DNA of 64,000 nt, taken from positions 6,274 through 70,273 of the forward strand of contig NZ_MKSQ01000015.1 in NCBI RefSeq assembly GCF_001898115.1, given 5' to 3'. This document shows positions 62,050-64,000 of this stretch, piece by piece (positions within the stretch are counted from its first letter, which is position 1; the number at the start of each line of letters is the position of its first letter). A program made the position numbers and the translations under genes. Below the pieces are notes generated by a model. The model worked only from the letters and a program-made list of their open reading frames with translations. It was not told the origin of the DNA and made no database searches. Source of the DNA: Bosea sp. 67-29. Its GTDB lineage: Bacteria; Pseudomonadota; Alphaproteobacteria; Rhizobiales; Beijerinckiaceae.

Positions 62050-62673
62050 GCGCGGGCTCCGGATCAGCCGCTCGGCTTCGGCCAGATCGGCGGGGGTATT
62101 GATGTTGAAGAAGGGGTCGAGAGGCTCCGTCGGCCATTCGGCGACGGCGACGCCATGCCGCCCGGCCCATTGGCCGAGCCGCCGTTCCCCGGCCGACAGG
62201 GCGGCGCGCAGATCCTCCCGCAAGGCAACCGGCCATAGGCCGATGGCGTGATGTCGCCGTCCGCCCGAGGTGGCGCAGGCGATCGGCGTGCCGGCGGCAG
62301 CGCGGGCCGCATGCAGGCGCTCGACGAGATCATCTGGAACGAAGGGCGTATCGGCGGCCACGCTGACGAGGCTGTCCTCGCCGGGCCGTTCGGCGGCAAG
62401 CCAGTCCAGCCCCGCGAGAATGCCGGCAAGCGGGCCGGCGAAGCCCGCCAGGGTGTCCGCCACCACGGGCAGCCGGTACGCGGCGAAGCGGGCCGGATCG
62501 CCATTGGCATTGAGCAGAAGCCGGCCGCACTGCCCCCGCAGCCGCTCGACCACATGCGCAAGGATCGGCCTGCCGGCGAGCATGTGCAGGGGCTTGTCGC
62601 CGCCGCCCATGCGGCGGGCAAGGCCGCCGGCGAGGATCAGCCCCGTCACCGGGCGAGACGGAGAGCCGCTCAT
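62047..62673 (-). CDS. mobA: Molybdenum cofactor guanylyltransferase
   Basis: LILAGGLARRMGGGDK, GPLAGILAGL, DTPF, FFNINTPADL. Confidence 0.94.
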   Translation of the reverse strand: MSGSPSRPVTGLILAGGLARRMGGGDKPLHMLAGRPILAHVVERLRGQCGRLLLNANGDPARFAAYRLPVVADTLAGFAGPLAGILAGLDWLAAERPGEDSLVSVAADTPFVPDDLVERLHAARAAAGTPIACATSGGRRHHAIGLWPVALREDLRAALSAGERRLGQWAGRHGVAVAEWPTEPLDPFFNINTPADLAEAERLIRSPR

Positions 62674-62704
62674 GCAGGTGCCAGGGGCGGCATCATCGCC
62701 CGGC

Positions 62705-63220
62705 TCAGGCCGCGAGCCGAACCACATCGGTGGCCCAGCGCTCGACAGCCGGCAGATCGGCAGACAATGCAACCCAATCCTCGCCGGCGAAGGCACGCCA
62801 GGCGGGCAGGACATCGCGGCGGACGGCGAGCAGCACCGGCAGCCCCGCCATCACCGCCCGCGCGATCTCGTCGCGCAGCCCTTCGCCGAGGGCCTCCTGC
62901 TTGCCGAACTTGTTGACGATGACGAGGTCGACCCGCTCCGCCAAGGCGCCGGAGAAGGCAACGGCTGCGGCAGCCAACCCGGCCGGATCGAGCCGGCAGC
63001 CCTGGGCCAAGGCACCGAGATCCTGGCTGATCGGGAAGCGCCTGCCGTCGGCGAGGTCCTCCAGCGACATCGCCATGCAGCGATCGGCGCACGCCGCGTC
63101 ATTGTGCTGGATGACGCCGCCGAGCCTCAGGCCACCACGGCGCAACCGGGCGACGACGGCCTGCATGAAGGCGTCGATCCCGAAGTCGCTCTCGTAGGGG
63201 ATGGCGGCCAGACGGGTCAT
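62705..63220 (-). CDS. DUF2478 domain protein
   Basis: ISQDLG....GCRLDP.GL, DLVIVNKFGKQE..G.G. Confidence 0.85.
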   Translation of the reverse strand: MTRLAAIPYESDFGIDAFMQAVVARLRRGGLRLGGVIQHNDAACADRCMAMSLEDLADGRRFPISQDLGALAQGCRLDPAGLAAAAVAFSGALAERVDLVIVNKFGKQEALGEGLRDEIARAVMAGLPVLLAVRRDVLPAWRAFAGEDWVALSADLPAVERWATDVVRLAA

Positions 63221-63402
63221 GGCCGTTTCATCTCACGAAGTTGCCGCCCGCGCCAGAGATCCCGGTGGCGATGCGGTCTGGGCGAGAAGCCGGAGAAGTG
63301 TTGCGCCGCACCTACAGCCGGGCCGAGCGTCTCTCGCTAGGGTGGTGACGGCTCAATCCGGGCGGCCGGGCTGGCCGAAGGCCTGTGACCCGACCGGAAC
63401 GC

Positions 63403-64000
63403 ATGAACCGACCCTCTTCCCAGACCCAGCTCGACCCAGCGGCCGATGCCGCGCGGCTGCTGCGCCGCATCGGCTTTGCGACGCTCGCTCTCGTCCTGCC
63501 GCTGGCCGCGCTGGTCTCGCGCCGCGCTGCCGTGGTGCTGGTGCCGATCGGCATCGCGCTGCTGATCATCGCGGCGCTGGTGGAAGACCCCGGTCAGTTC
63601 CTTGCCGGCCTCAAGGCGGCCCTGCTCAGCCGGCCCGGGCTGATCCTGATCGCGTTGATCGCCTGGTCCGTGCTGTCGCTGGTCTGGAGTCCCTATCCCG
63701 GCGCTGCCGCGGAGAAGGCCGGCAATCTCGCCCTCGCCGTGACCCTCGGCTTCGTCGGGCTCTCGGCGCTGCCGGAGCGGATGCGCGCCTCGAATCTCAA
63801 TCTTGCTGCGCTCGGCACCGGCATTGCCGGGATCTTCGCGCTCGGCCTCATCATCGTGGCGGCGCTGCGTCATGCCGAGGCGCCGCAGGGAGCCGTCGAA
63901 CGCGGCGTCTCGATCATCCTGATCATGGCCTGGCCGGCACTGGCCTGGCTTCTGTCGCGAGAGCGGGGAATGACCGCGCTCGGCCTCGCCCTGATCGTGG
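63403..64000 (+). CDS. Polytopic membrane protein (possibly O-antigen ligase-like), 3' partial
   Basis: MNRPSSQTQLDPAADAARLLRRIGFATLALVLP...; open to the window end with several TM helices. Confidence 0.7.
   Translation, partial: MNRPSSQTQLDPAADAARLLRRIGFATLALVLPLAALVSRRAAVVLVPIGIALLIIAALVEDPGQFLAGLKAALLSRPGLILIALIAWSVLSLVWSPYPGAAAEKAGNLALAVTLGFVGLSALPERMRASNLNLAALGTGIAGIFALGLIIVAALRHAEAPQGAVERGVSIILIMAWPALAWLLSRERGMTALGLALIV

Overview
This is a GC-rich chromosomal segment of a Hyphomicrobiales alphaproteobacterium. Bosea-like is my inference from gene order and repeat style, not verified. It is mostly housekeeping: gshA, rsmE, ubiA, a waaA-lpxK lipid A cluster, xseA, purD, tadA, an rluB-like synthase, rsmD, mutL, an M16 peptidase pair, lspA-ileS-ribF, a cheY-like regulator, a fatty-acid beta-oxidation operon with a MerR regulator, podJ, and Moco-related genes (moeA, tusA, mrp, mobA, DUF2478). 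I saw no tRNA, rRNA, CRISPR array, integrase or transposase. Most long ORFs in the supplied track are antisense or off-frame shadows. The most interesting element is an accessory insert between rsmD and mutL. It encodes a putative polymorphic toxin (N-terminal FNPEQPRVPAGSPEGGQW motif, C-terminal HH..N..H nuclease-like domain), translationally coupled to an AT-richer DUF2019-like candidate immunity gene, with no secretion or phage genes nearby. Other notable items, several absent from the ORF track: an orphan Flp pilin; a 23-codon leader ORF with a hairpin upstream of ileS; a peptide deformylase paralog lacking two metal ligands, convergent on an AT-richer orphan gene; a perfect alphaproteobacterial LexA box before an SRPBCC gene; CtrA-like boxes; a 30-bp palindrome before the beta-oxidation operon; three REP/MITE-like intergenic elements; and a hydrolase with the full fluoroacetate-dehalogenase motif set. 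Family assignments come from motif recognition by eye; no searches were run.
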